Below are positions 13,580 through 26,330 of a stretch of DNA of 64,000 nucleotides, piece by piece. The position numbers and the translations under genes are program-made. Within the stretch, counting starts at the first letter, position 1, and each line of letters opens with the position of its first letter. Under the pieces are notes generated by a model that ran no database searches, was not told the origin of the DNA, and worked only from the letters and a program-made list of their open reading frames with translations. This DNA is from Bigelowiella natans CCMP2755 (taxonomy: Eukaryota; Protista; Cercozoa). The stretch covers positions 4,447 through 68,446 of the forward strand of contig ADNK01000425.1 of the NCBI GenBank assembly GCA_000320545.1, written 5' to 3'.

Positions 13580-14685
13580 ATGTCACAGCCAAGTCGTCAG
13601 GGAAATGGCAATAATAGGAAACAAGCTCGAGGCCGTGCCAGGATCCCTTACAAATGCGGAATGACTCTGAAGGTGCGCATGGGTGATCGCCCTGCGCGAG
13701 GAAATATTTTACTACAGAAGAATTATTCGTTGGTGTGAATATCCAATCTTCCTCGGCCTTGAGAGTAGTAGTGTTGGTCTTCCACTCTAATAATTTCCTC
13801 CTCCCTCCTCCTCCGGCCAATGTTAATTCTTGTTTCAGGGACACAAGGGTGCTGTCACAGTTGCCAAGTTCAACTCCGACGGTATCGCGTAGAAAGAAGG
13901 AACACCTTTATATAAAGGGGAAAGAGGGGAGGAGGAGGAGGAGGAAACTGTATAAAGGGCCTTCGGCTTTAGTCAATCAATGAAAATTCTCGGCGAATTT
14001 TATTTGTATCTGTATGCTTATGCGAAGGGAAGTATTGCTTGACCGGAGGCAAGGATAGAAATGTCATTCTCTGGAATCCAACTGAAGGTTAAAAGTGTGA
14101 TGCTTCGCTCAAACCAATGAAATACACCCCATGTAAGATCTAACACTGACACTTTTATCTGCTGCAGGAACCCAGATTAAAAATTACGATGGCTACCATG
14201 GCTACGAGGTAGCTGAAGAAGAAGAAACCCTCTTTCCCTTTTTTGCGCGCCAGGAGCTTCATTCATTCACACGTTTGCACCATCACCTTTAGATTTTGGA
14301 TATTTGTGTGCGAAAAGACAACGCAGAGTTTGCGTCTTGTGGAGGTAGTAGTAGTAATTTATTGAACGGTGGGTTAGGGAAGGAAAAGTCGAACCAAAAA
14401 GATGACGATTAGTTTTGGAATATCATCGATGGATCAGACATTTGGCGTGTTTCAACGAATTTTTTTGTTTAGAGGGCTAAGTATTGTAGCTTGATTTTGA
14501 AGAAGAAATTGCAGTATTATGTAGCAAGCTATACCCCTTTTTCATAGTGGAAAGGATACAGGAGAACCTCCATGACGATTAATTACACTTGTCAAGATTG
14601 CTCCATCATTGATGTTGACACTATGTTAAAAGGTGATAGAACAGCGTTTTTGGTGGATGTGACAACTGGGGCAGTCAAACGAAGG

Positions 14686-14722
<37 letters not shown>

Positions 14723-15533
14723 ACAGCACCTCTTTTGAAGTTGCATCATTACCTGACCCAACTATGCTAAAGGATGTTGTTTATTCGTCTCTCCTTCCGT
14801 TTATTGTTGCCTTTTAGATTCAAAAATGCACATGAGCGTCGAATTAATGCTTGTGCATATAATAAGGTAAAATGCAAATTAAGAATAAGAAGAAATTAGT
14901 GATCATTCAACAACTATGAAGGAAAGAAGGAGGGGGGAAGTATAAATGGTTATAATGTGCACCACATTAGGACGCTACAGTACTGTTTACAGCCTCGGAC
15001 GACGAATCGATTTGCGCTTGGGACTTAAAGTATTGAATAATAAAGTGTAATGGGTTCCTAGTAATAATAAGGGGAGGGACACTGTGTAGTCGTCGTCATA
15101 CATTAGCTATTATTTACGACACATTATCCCATGAAAGCAGAAGGCCGATAATTTATGTGTGGGGAGGAGGAGACGTCATTTTCATGACAACAAACAAATG
15201 CATAGGTCCCGAAATTTCAAGCCAATTCAGAAAATTGAGAATGAGTTCAAAGATAGCGTCAGTGCCCTTGTCGTTCTCGATGAGGTATGTATCATACAGA
15301 GAATAGTACTTCCGCACAGAAATTATTAGTTGTTTCCGGAGCAGTCGAGCTACATGATGATGAGATCAATTACCCATGGAATAATATCTTTTACAGTTGA
15401 TCATCGCAGCAGGGGTTGATGGTTCCGTAAGACAATTTGACGTGAGAATGGGAGAGGTATCTTTTTAAACATACGGTGAAGTTTCGAAACACCATTTCTA
15501 CACAGTCATTAAGTACTACAAAATATATACATG

Positions 15534-15577
<44 letters not shown>

Positions 15578-16078
15578 GGGGCAATAATATTTTCCTTTTA
15601 GTGGATTAAGTATCTTTGCATCATCATCGTTTCATCATGATGGATCCATCCCCAAAGAGAATATTGACATTTTCCTTTTCCAGGTGACTGTTGACTACGT
15701 AGGAGAGGCTTTGAGTACAATGTCTTTGTCAAATGATGAACAGTGCGTGCTCCTTGGTTGTTTAGATAATGAGGTAATAACCATTATATGATTGTCCAAT
15801 TGATTGTTCTTCTAACGTAGTAAATGTATCTGTTGTCCCCCCCATTCACCCCCTCTTCAGTTACGTTTGTTCGATCGATCCTCTGGAGAACTTCTCAGTT
15901 CGTATAGAGGTGACTATCATGCAGCTAACTACAAAACTACTACAAGGACTAATTTCAGTAATGATTATTTTTCAGGCCATAAGCATCACCAATATCGTAT
16001 CGGAAATTGTCTAACGAACGATGACGCTTTTGTTGTGGGAGGGAGTGAGGATGGAAAGGTAAAGCGAATAAATTATGG

Positions 16079-16148
<70 letters not shown>

Positions 16149-16404
16149 ATTTATATATTTATATATTAAGAGTGCAATACGACTAGGTATATTTCTGGAA
16201 TCTTGTTGAAGGCAATGTGATCCATAAGTTTGATGCTCATTATCGGGCTATATCTTGCATATCATATCATCCCCGGTAGACCATAAGTTATTAAATATGA
16301 TTTTCCTGGATCACATTAAAGATTGTGAAATATTTCATTTGTGCAGATCAATTTCTATGTTAACGGCGTCTGCAGACGGCATGGTGAAGCTCTGGACGAC
16401 ATGA
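13580..16404 (+). CDS. WDR83: WD40-repeat protein WDR83/MORG1, about 13 exons
   Basis: Spliced reading: GHKGAVTVAKFNSDG-KYCLTGGKDRNVILWNP..GYHGYE-ILD..DNAEFASCGGDR..AWDLK-SRNFKPIQ..VDGSVRQFDVRMG..LRLFDRSSGELLSSYRGH..GGSEDGK-VYFWNLVEG..MLTASADGMVKLW. Confidence 0.9.
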
Positions 16405-16699
16405 AAATGTTATTACTACTAGGAACAACATTGAAGATCACACAGGAATGTAGGCTAGTATAGACATTATTCATTAGTTGTGTAGCGAACTGTATTCGTC
16501 AAATCCAAACAGTCGTCATGCAGGTGTCGACGACGCTCGGCTGGGGGGGTGAATGATGACCCTGGAATTTTACGACAGTATGACGACGCACGAAGGAAGG
16601 AAAACACGCATGGAAAAGATGGCTGATTATATAGATGATTTGGGAATTGAAATGCCTGGCGAATGTGAATATGATTGGTGCAAAGAAGAAAGGGTGCAC

Positions 16700-17192
16700 A
16701 TTTCCAGTTGAATGCACGACATGCTACATGTAGCATGCCAGCATGTGACAACAACGTGAGCACACGTACGTGCATGTGCATGATGAAGATTGACATGCGA
16801 TGAGAAGGCAAACACGAACTGCTCAGTGCTGTGCGAAATGCGCGCGCGACATTCCAGACCGAAACAACGTGCATTTGCATGATTGCACGAAACACATCAT
16901 GGCGGAAACCAACACGTCACAAACAGATTGAACACCATGCAGCGTTGTCTAGCTAGCTGTGGCCGCTGCATTGCATGGCTGCATGAATGAAGATGACCAT
17001 TTGTCAAGTTTGATTGCTTGATGATTGCATCTGTGTTGTCTAGTTGTGCATGCGACAACAATGGACAACATGTGCCTGCAATCATGGTCACATGCACACC
17101 TGAGGCGGACAAGCGGTGTGTGTGATCATGTGCACACTGGGCACACCTGCCATGGCTAGCGACATGCAAGTGTGTTGTGTATTGTGTGTGTA

Positions 17193-17225
<33 letters not shown>

Positions 17226-17860
17226 CATGTGTGTGTGTGTACATCATGTTGGCCATGATGTGAACGTGTGCATGCATGCACACACTAGCACAAACACACA
17301 CACACACACACACACACATACACATGCACGCACTCACGCACACACGCACGCGCACACACACTCGACACGACTGAACGATTGCTAGATTGCTGTGCACTTG
17401 CGTTGAGCTTGCACGCGCCTGGCGAAAAACTTGAGACGAGAAAAGTGTTGATTTTGGCCCCGAATTGAAATCTCAAAAATTTCTCGGCTGCCGCCGAAAA
17501 AGCCAGTGCCAAAAAAGTCGCGCATGTGTTGACGCTCGGTTGGGCAAATTGATGATCCTTGATCGACTTCTGCAAGCACAAAATGCATCGATTGCAGAAA
17601 CAAGCTGATGAATAAACAAACGCAACACACAGGATGCAAATATACAAATAATGGGAAAATGTGGCCATTTCAATGCATACAATCCGTCTCATTTTGGGCA
17701 AAATGCAATGATGGCGCACAAACACAACAAACGTGCAATTTTGCGTCACAAGCGAGCAGCCGAAATCCACAATTGCATCAACATCATACGACACTCGATG
17801 ATTCCGGATGGAACTGCATGACAATTGTTATGCATGAGTATTTTCTTTCAATCATTATTG
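16700..17860. other. TpA-depleted, CTAG-sparing block at convergent junction (WDR83/MOC1)
   Basis: Hand count: 16771-17179 has only 4 TpA, all inside CTAG; mixed (TG/CA/CG)n tracts. Confidence 0.85.
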
Positions 17861-17870
17861 CATGGTGGGA

Positions 17871-18981
17871 TCAGATTTCACTTTCCAAGTTGCAGATTGT
17901 GCCAGTTCCCCAAAGTGCGATCAACAATGCCTCAGCTCTGCCGTGATCTTTAACCCGAGACAAGTTCTTTGTCTCGTCAGGAAATTTCTCACATGCCAAT
18001 TCGCGGCTTTGTGTCTTGTCCTTTCCACTGAGGCCCAGATCATGTTTCCAACGATTAGGCTCGACCAACACCTAGTCACAAATGACAACAATGAGAACCG
18101 ATTATGAATCAATACCACAAACAAACACACACACACACACACACACACACATCAGACCGTTCGAACCCCTGTAGCCGCTAGGGCACCTCGCCAGATTCCA
18201 AATGCGTACCTACATGCATGGATGCAAATTTTACAAAAGATTTCTATCCAGGTTTCACTAAATTTCTCGAAATCGGCGATTACAATGTATATTTAACAAT
18301 TCAAAATAAAATTTCGATGATTGTCATACCCTGACGCATACCACCCCTGCTTTCCATTCATCTGATGGGGCCGTGCTGCTTCAAGGAATGCAATGGTCTT
18401 ATTGTTCAAATCAGCGTCATATCCAAACGGCCGCAGAAGATCCTATGCAAATTATTTCATCGTATTAAGGTATTGTCCAAAGGTGATGCTATTCAGCTAT
18501 TTACACATTTGTTCGAATCACTAGATTTACCGCTAATGCTTCCGGATCTAGACGTTTTCTGAATGTCTTGCCGACTTTCACTTTCACGGAAGGGGAGTCG
18601 CAAATGCTTGAAGTATTTTTATGTAGGACCGCAAGTGCTCCATTGACATCTGGGTCTATTCCAAGTACAACCTATGTACATTTCATTCTTTGTCTATTTC
18701 AATTTTAAAATAAAATGAGATCAACGCACCCATTCATCAACCGCCTTCATCGTAGTCGTACCTCTAAAATTCGACCCATGCCTATTCTTCTTCTTCTCAT
18801 GGTTCCCTAAAGACGATCTTGTAAGCAAGCGATACATGGAATACATGTTGGTGGTCAAGAACGAGGATTTCACAGCTGTAGTATCAATCCTAGATGGGAC
18901 CACACTGGAATACAGTGTCTTTGTAGCAAATGCAGTAGGCCAGCAAGTAAGGATCAGAAGAAGAATATAAACACTTCCCAT
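17871..18981 (-). CDS. MOC1: MOC1-like RuvC-fold Holliday junction resolvase with bipartite plastid-type leader
   Basis: VLGIDPDVNGALA, DSPSVKVKVGKTFRKRLD, VEPNRWKHDLGLSGKDKTQSRELA..FP..LSRVKDHGRAEALLIA; N-terminal MGSVYILLLILTCWPTAFA followed by an S/T/R-rich segment. Confidence 0.85.
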
Positions 18982-19290
18982 CCTTGCCTATAGGTTCCAC
19001 CTCCTCCTGCTCCTCTCCTCTCCTCTCTTCAGGCGTTACGATCCGACGCTCGTAGTAAGCTCCTAGTAATGATAATTTCCTTTCCGGAGGGTAGTAGGTC
19101 TCAAAAATTCAGTTGGTTCTCTTTTCTCTCCCCGTTCCCAAATCAATCGGCTTGAAAGAGAAATATGTGGATGGTCACCGCATCACATTTATGCCTGGAG
19201 GAGACAACCATTGCATAGTAGTGGTGAAATCATCTCGGATGATAGAAAATGCAGAGGGGTGGGTGGTAACCACTGCTAGACAGCAACTAG

Positions 19291-19339
<49 letters not shown>

Positions 19340-19411
19340 TTAGCCAGACAACAACTACAACAATAACTAACTAATACTGATAGAAACTACCACTTCTTAT
19401 CAATCCAATGA

Positions 19412-19453
19412 ACAGCTGGGAAGTCAAGAATGCGAACAGAAAAACTAACTAAC
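19412..19453 (+). mobile_element. Short dispersed repeat (SINE-like), partial copy 3
   Basis: acagctgggaagtcaagaatgcgaacagaaaaactaactaac; (CAA)n tract nearby at 19292-19339. Confidence 0.65.
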
Positions 19454-20175
19454 AATGACTAGCATTCACTGTATTATTTGTGCTGAACGCAATATGGACT
19501 CCTAACTGATGGCTATCTAATATTTTTAGAACATTTTTAACCCGTAGTATGTCTGATATATCTGAGTTTTTTTAGGTAAATCTTGGATTCTTTAGATAAT
19601 TCTTCGTTTAGTTTTTTGCTGTCTGGATAGATAGATCTAGATCTAGATGGAAGAAGAACAACAAGAAGAAAGAAAGAGAGACCACCCCTGCTTACTTATC
19701 TCATATTTCATAAACAAAGAAAGGATGCGACGAGGTGGAGAGGAGAAATCTTAAAAGTAAACGTTCGTTGAGTCAAGTAATTTCAACGTACTGTTGTTAC
19801 GCTGCGACTGTGCTGCTTTGGTGAGGAAGAAAAAGACCTCGACCAACCTACCTACCTACCCCAAAAAGACACATTATAAAGTTAAAAGTTGCAATTAAAG
19901 CTTACAAAAACTACTACTAATACAAATACACTGCTGCGCCAGTTCTAGTCAGTGTCAAACTACTCTAAATCATTCTTCCGAATAGAGATATTAGTGAAGG
20001 CGAGGAAAGATGTTATGTTAAACTAATTGATACGTCTTCGAATGGCTTCGACTTTAGTTCACTATTTTACCGGCCAATCAGACTTAGACAAAAACTATAA
20101 AACTCAAAACAGGAGGAGAATATACCGTCAACGGTAGTAGTACATCGATCCAATTCAATATATTGGGAAGAAACT

Positions 20176-20566
20176 ATGCTCTCGTATGGGAAGGCTATTA
20201 CATTGCTTCTCTGCTCTGTGATGCTTGTATTTAGATGCGCTGGTCCATCTGTTTTATCATCCGCCGAAACAGCATATCAGCCTGCTGATTGCAAGAAAAT
20301 TCCAAATCAAAATTGGAAGTATCATCATCTTAACAAAGTTAGTAGTCGGAATATGGTACTACTATATTCATTGGGCGGGGGTTCTGCAATGTCGCAGCAC
20401 ACGGCTATGCCACTATCTTCAACTCGTTCCTATTCGTCAGCAGAAAAAAATAGCACTAGTTTTTTCAGTAATTCTCAAATTGAAACTGCTAATGATTGGA
20501 AGGACCAGATGAATCTTTCAGACATCGAGGTGGACGACAGTTCTTAATACGAACGCATGATGCTCA

Positions 20567-20619
<53 letters not shown>

Positions 20620-22068
20620 TAATATTAATATGTATTATTGCGTCATACGATGAAGAGACAATCTAAATGAACGCATGTTCGAAATATGATATTGTGTCGT
20701 GCGATAAAGATATACTGAAAGTTATTTTTGCTGTAGGACGAAGAGGCCGTAGAGGAAAATGTAAAATCAGTGACAAATTCAACTTTCTCACGGTCTTAAA
20801 TTTTCGTTGTTCTTTTCATTAATTTAGGCCCTAGCTAGCACACTCTTTTATTATTATCGCATATTTGGATGTTAACGGGATTGTTCCTCCTTCTCCTCCC
20901 TCCTCCCTCGTCCTCCTCCCTCCTCCTGTAAGGTCCAACCGTTTGGATCATTACTTGGACGATAAAACAGACCGTCATGGCGATCGTGTGTCTCGCCTCA
21001 TAGCCAAGGTAGCGGTTCTTCAATTTTGCGATGCTATTAATTTTATTGCAATGCTATTGATAATAGATTGCAATGCTATTGGTAATAAATCATGCAGTAA
21101 AATGTTGAACAGGCAGAAGGATTACTGGGCAGGGAAGGTGGTGAGTTTCTTGCCCTCCAAATTTTGGAAGAAGCTCAAAGGATGCACCCCTCTCACTCCA
21201 ACATTTTGGACGCCATGGCAAATGTTGTCCATACTACATAATCTAACTCGTGTCTTTGAGAATTGAACTAATTACTCAAACTTCCGTTTCGTATAGTATT
21301 GATACCACAATACCAAAATCTCTGATGTTGTTGTTGTTAATATTTTTTACCGTAGATATATTTGGAGTCCGAAAGAGAAGATGCAGCTAGAGAACTCCTG
21401 GAAAAGGTGAATTGTAACTTCAATCATTAAGAGCAAGGATAACAGCTTTTGTTTGTCACACCTCATCATTGATATCACTATTTGTACTGCTACTACTACT
21501 TCTTAGAGCATTCGAATCAATCCAAACGGCCCTTATGAAAAGTGGTTCTCATATGCAGAGCTGCTTGAGAATGAAGAAATGGCTCTCAAGGCGTACAAGA
21601 ATGGAATTAGGATTGCAGAAAAGAACTTACATGTTTATGAAAAGATTGTACAGGATCAGGTACATCAGCTAAATGAGCAGAAATCATCGTCATCATTCTC
21701 ATCATACTTAATGATCGTCTAATGCAATACCACTCGTTTTAGCCATTAGCACCGTGGAGACAGAATGCTGTTGACTCTGCCCATGAAATTCGTAACCATT
21801 TGGCATCGGCCCATTCGAGCGTCGCACAATTGTAGTATTGGCATCTTATCTAACCTACGTACGTACGTCGTTGTGCTGATATTTACACAGAACAATTTCG
21901 ATGTGTGTCGCAGAATTTTAAGCAAAATACAGGATGCTGTAGATTTAGAAAGTACCAAACAACCACATTGAGTAGAGAACTAGAATATGAACCAAAGAAG
22001 AGGTGGAATGAATGATGATAATGATGATGATGATGATGATGGCTCTACCAAAATAATTGTAATCTCGA

Positions 22069-22120
<52 letters not shown>

Positions 22121-22516
22121 CTCTGCTTGTGCGTGTGCTGTGTATTCGTATCTTCTTAAAGGACTACTTACTAATGTGAGACTATCACAATAGGTGTTTC
22201 CTGTTCTTCTTCTTCAAGACACTATTGGATAGAGAAGAAGACGATGAAGAATAAGGCTCTACATCATGCCGAACAGGCTGTTAACTTCAATCCAAATACT
22301 TTTGAGGTAGTAGGTGCTCCTCCTCCATTCGTTATTCTATTTGTTCCTATACTCGCCCAACAACAATGGATGTGTGTTGTTTGTCACATACAATATTGTT
22401 GTTTGTTTGTATTTGTGCAAAGTAGACACATGCAATACTGGCTACCGTTTACCTTGATGCAGCTATAAATAGGACAGGTAGTAGTAGTATTAAAAGAAGA
22501 AGAATATGAACATAGC

Positions 22517-22556
<40 letters not shown>

Positions 22557-23620
22557 CCGCAATTTATTCTTTTTACAACTACTACAACTACTACTTACAT
22601 AGTTACAAGCATTACTACAAGCATTGCTACTACTACTACTACTACTACTACTTATACTTCTCTCACTACTTGATTGTCAAGGACGGTTATTTTAATATAC
22701 ATCCATCAGCTGCTGCAATAGCACTGGAAAATGCCTTCGAAGCATATGAGAAATATGATCATGATGATCCTACCCCTACGAACGTAGTTCTAAGGTCCTC
22801 GTCTTGTTCTTATGCTCACCAGTAGATCAATCGAAATGTGGCCGTATAATAGTATGTCTTGAGTCTCTCTAACTCTCTCTCGCTCTCGCTCTCTCTCTGG
22901 CGTACAATATATAGTAAAATGTCTTGAGTCTCTCTCTCTCTCTCCCCCCCCCCCCCCCTCTCTCTCTCTCACTCTCTTCTAAGGGTGTGCGTGTGTGCGT
23001 TTTGGCATTTATGGAAGATTAATCTTCTTTAAGTTTTTGTTGTTGGTGTATGCACTTGCCTCCTCTCTCAGTGGAATTAAAGCCGCAATGGAGCTAGGAC
23101 TCACAAAGAAAGCACTTGCAATTTTGGAAGAGAGGATAAATATGAGTGGAAATATGGAACAAATGAATTCGGACAACGCCGAGGAGAATGAAAGCAGTGT
23201 CAAGCTAGAGGTCTGCGGTGAATTGTAGGAAATGGATTTTCTCTTGGTGCGGCAGTCGATCCTTCTAAAAACATATCATCATCATCATCATCAAATCCTA
23301 TAGGTTATGCATTTGGCAGCTCAATGCTGGTATTTAGAAGGAGACGTAAATCAAGCTCTGTCATATATGCATAAGGTAGTCTTAGAATATGATTTGATCG
23401 TAAGTTTATGCAATGACGCTGATATTTATCATTACTAATATGCTGGGAAACATATATCAGATAAAGAGTGTGCTGGAGGCTTCCATGTCAAGGGGTAAAC
23501 GGTAAGTTTTTTCCGGTGTGATTTACCGACAACAGCATGCATATTACAGGGGAAACGATGACGTAAATATTTGTTAGACTTGGTAAGATGGAAGAAAGTA
23601 TTCTGCTGGACGTTGTGGTC
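20176..23620 (+). CDS. TPR protein, ACL4 (Rpl4 assembly chaperone)-like, with N-terminal signal/leader; multi-exon, end approximate
   Basis: AARELLEK-SIRINPNGPYEKWFSYAELLENEEMALKAYKNG..HLASAHSSVAQL..AEQAVNFNPNTFE..AAMELGLTKKALAILE..VMHLAAQCWYLEG resembles ACL4-type TPRs; exon 1 has a hydrophobic signal. Confidence 0.6.
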
Positions 23621-23739
23621 TGATTCGTTCATATCAATCACATTGCTAAAAATTTTTATAACATAGATATTTGCATTTTGACCAGGAATGGATTGAAGAA
23701 ACTCATGCAAAATTTCCACGCGTTCAGATTGATCAAAGC

Positions 23740-24570
23740 GAGAATAAGTAGCAGCACATACAAATGCATGGCAAATCGCATATTCTTTGAATTAAATCGT
23801 CTTCCGACGCAGACAATGTGCACAAGATAAATCGCGACCATCGCGACCGTTTCACATCGAAGTGCCGTGCTGTGCGTCGCCATGATCATTATGTGCACGC
23901 TTGCGATGCGTACTATAAGTGGCAACGAAACCAGTAGCACGTGCATGCAGCGCAATTGTATCAAGAGGCCGAAGTGTGGTAGAGTGGCACGTGACGGGAT
24001 GTAATTACTAGAACTAGATTTAGCTTGCCCGCGGCGGTCGCAACTAGGCCAACTAGCGTAAGCAAATGTAGCAGCAATGCACAAAACGACAAACCAAAAG
24101 CCTCTAGCCCTGATGATATATTGATGAAATGAAATTTGTGAGCTTGACATGCATGCAAAACTCACGAGGCTAGGTGCTAGGTGTTCTGCTAGCTGCTCGC
24201 ACGTGGGTCGCTGGCTGTTGGGCGCCAGCTATAGCCAGTTTCACATTGATGTGACTCTCAGCATGCACAACACATTACACTAGTACATCATGCTGCTTTC
24301 GGAGGGAAAAAAATACATCACATTTTGTCCCCGATGTCACTGCACAAATCAGTCCCAAGTTCTCTATGTCTACATGTGCATGCAAACACTGCTAGACTGG
24401 TTGAAGCGTGAACATGTATGCACGACGTTTGTTCATTCCTGTTTCAAACATCAATGCGATGCGTGCTCATACATAGATGTACTATTAGTCCACTAAGCGG
24501 AGAACACATTGTACTTAACTGCACACATCAATCAACACAAGTAGCTTGTTCGCCTCATCACAACGTATGA
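23740..24570. other. TG/CA/CTAG-rich block at convergent junction
   Basis: tgcatgca/ctag/cgcg-rich sequence between two 3' ends. Confidence 0.6.
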
Positions 24571-24573
24571 CAT

Positions 24574-25932
24574 TCAGAAGAAAGGTTCGAGGTCTAGAGG
24601 ATCTTCACCCATCTGCGTGCAAGTTAGAGGATCAAGGTTACCAAAATCTATCCAATTTGCATAGTTTTCGGATCCAATTCCTACACGCATGATCCACTTG
24701 TCCCGGATTCCTGAACTGGGAGCAAAATGACGATGCATGGTACTCTTCAAAACGTCAAAACGAGATTGATCTTTCTCACGTATCCAAACTGCTTTGCCAG
24801 CTTTAGGTTTTACAAGATAATCTCTTATATCATTTTCTATATATGGAAAGCACATCTGTCCTTCATCGAAATCGTCATTGAGGAAGATGGTAAGGCTATA
24901 TTCAACGTGGGACGATTCTTTATCGGATACATAAAAATCTAATTTATTTAAATCAGTCGCTTTGGATCCAATTGTAAGTTTATGGACAGACAAATCGGTG
25001 ATTCTATTCAGGGGAACTCCAGTTAGTCGCGCCGTTGACAAGAAAACACGTGTTAACAGTACGCTCTCATAGAATTTTAGATCGATGCGATCTTGATTTC
25101 CCACTCCTCGGGCTATATTCTGGTTGTATGCATCGTAATATTTTACATTGAATTTTCCTTCTTCCCACGCTTTGTTTATTTTTTCGCTCAAGGCGTCCTG
25201 TGCCAAAATTCTAGATTGCGCCCAATTTATAATCCTTTCACAGTCTTTTCCCGTTAGCAATCCTTCAAACTCTTTGAAGTGCTCTTCACGTCTCACGAAA
25301 TTAAAGGTTTTTTTGAAACGTTCATCGAGTTTCACACGGTAAGTACCGTCATACATTCTTGACCACATGTTTTGCGCTTGAGTGAGGAGAGATTGCACCT
25401 CTGATCGTGATAATTCCCCTTGTGAGAGTGTGGCCACTAATCGGAGAAGAACAGCAACGCCTGGGTGGTCTTTCCCATTGCTAATCCTAAAATTTGATAC
25501 ATCGTACAATTTTAATGTCTGATATCACCAATACTGGATTGTTTACGATCTCAACTAAAGAAATTCATTATGGAATGTTTATGATCACAACTTGAGATAT
25601 GCATCAAGTGCTTTTCGAGCATGGAACAAGCCCTTGTGGTTATCCTCCTCGCCTTCTGTGATAGACTGTATGGCTGTGAACTGGTCCGCATTCGCCTGGG
25701 TGACAATGTTACATATTTCTGTTGTATTTTGAACGTGAATTGAACACTGACTTCTCAACGGACCAGTCCTTCCTTTTAGACTCTTCCCGATCGGCTGTTG
25801 TTTCAGCAGTTTTCTGAAGTTCGTCGTTCTGAAAATTGAACGACCCCCATCGATGTAGCTCACCCGAACGCCTCTCGTTGAGACTTCGCTGCAGCAATGA
25901 ATTAACGTAGCTACTAACCAAACATAATCCAT
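24574..25932 (-). CDS. Secretory prolyl 4-hydroxylase-like 2OG-Fe(II) oxygenase fold protein
   Basis: Signal peptide MDYVWLVATLIHCCS; LLTGKDCERIINWA; SLTIFLNDDFDEGQMCFP, VKPKAGKAVW, TMH, DKWIM. Junction near 25510-25590 not resolved. Confidence 0.65.
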
Positions 25933-26009
25933 GATACTTCTAAATGGATTTCAAGAAATCTGATAGGGCGCCGGCAAGAGCACCTAGTACTCCATTCTTC
26001 GATTTCTAT

Positions 26010-26010
<1 letters not shown>

Positions 26011-26042
<32 letters not shown>

Positions 26043-26044
26043 AG

Positions 26045-26096
<52 letters not shown>

Positions 26097-26097
26097 A

Positions 26098-26159
<62 letters not shown>

Positions 26160-26165
26160 GATGTT
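26011..26165. repeat. (GTT)n/(GGT)n microsatellite in a divergent intergenic region
   Basis: Seen directly. Confidence 0.95.
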
Positions 26166-26330
26166 TTACTGTTTTTTACTGTTACTTTTTTTGTCGCAAA
26201 GAGAATTACAAGGTGCTTTTTGTCTTACTTCTTACTCTCCTCCAGAACACCAAACGGAATGAGGATCGAACCCTGCCTGTAACGCACGCTTTCAGGGAAA
26301 AATCAAGGGGTGACCTTCACGGCATCCTTC

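Noticed and set aside
16467-17946. Many overlapping His/Cys/Ala/Val/Met-rich ORFs here and in the other 3' blocks (9.7-10.6, 23.6-24.5, 43.4-44.2, 61.0-61.9 kb)
   Set aside because: Expected artefact of TpA loss: TAA/TAG stops are depleted and TG/CA codons enriched; no recognisable domains
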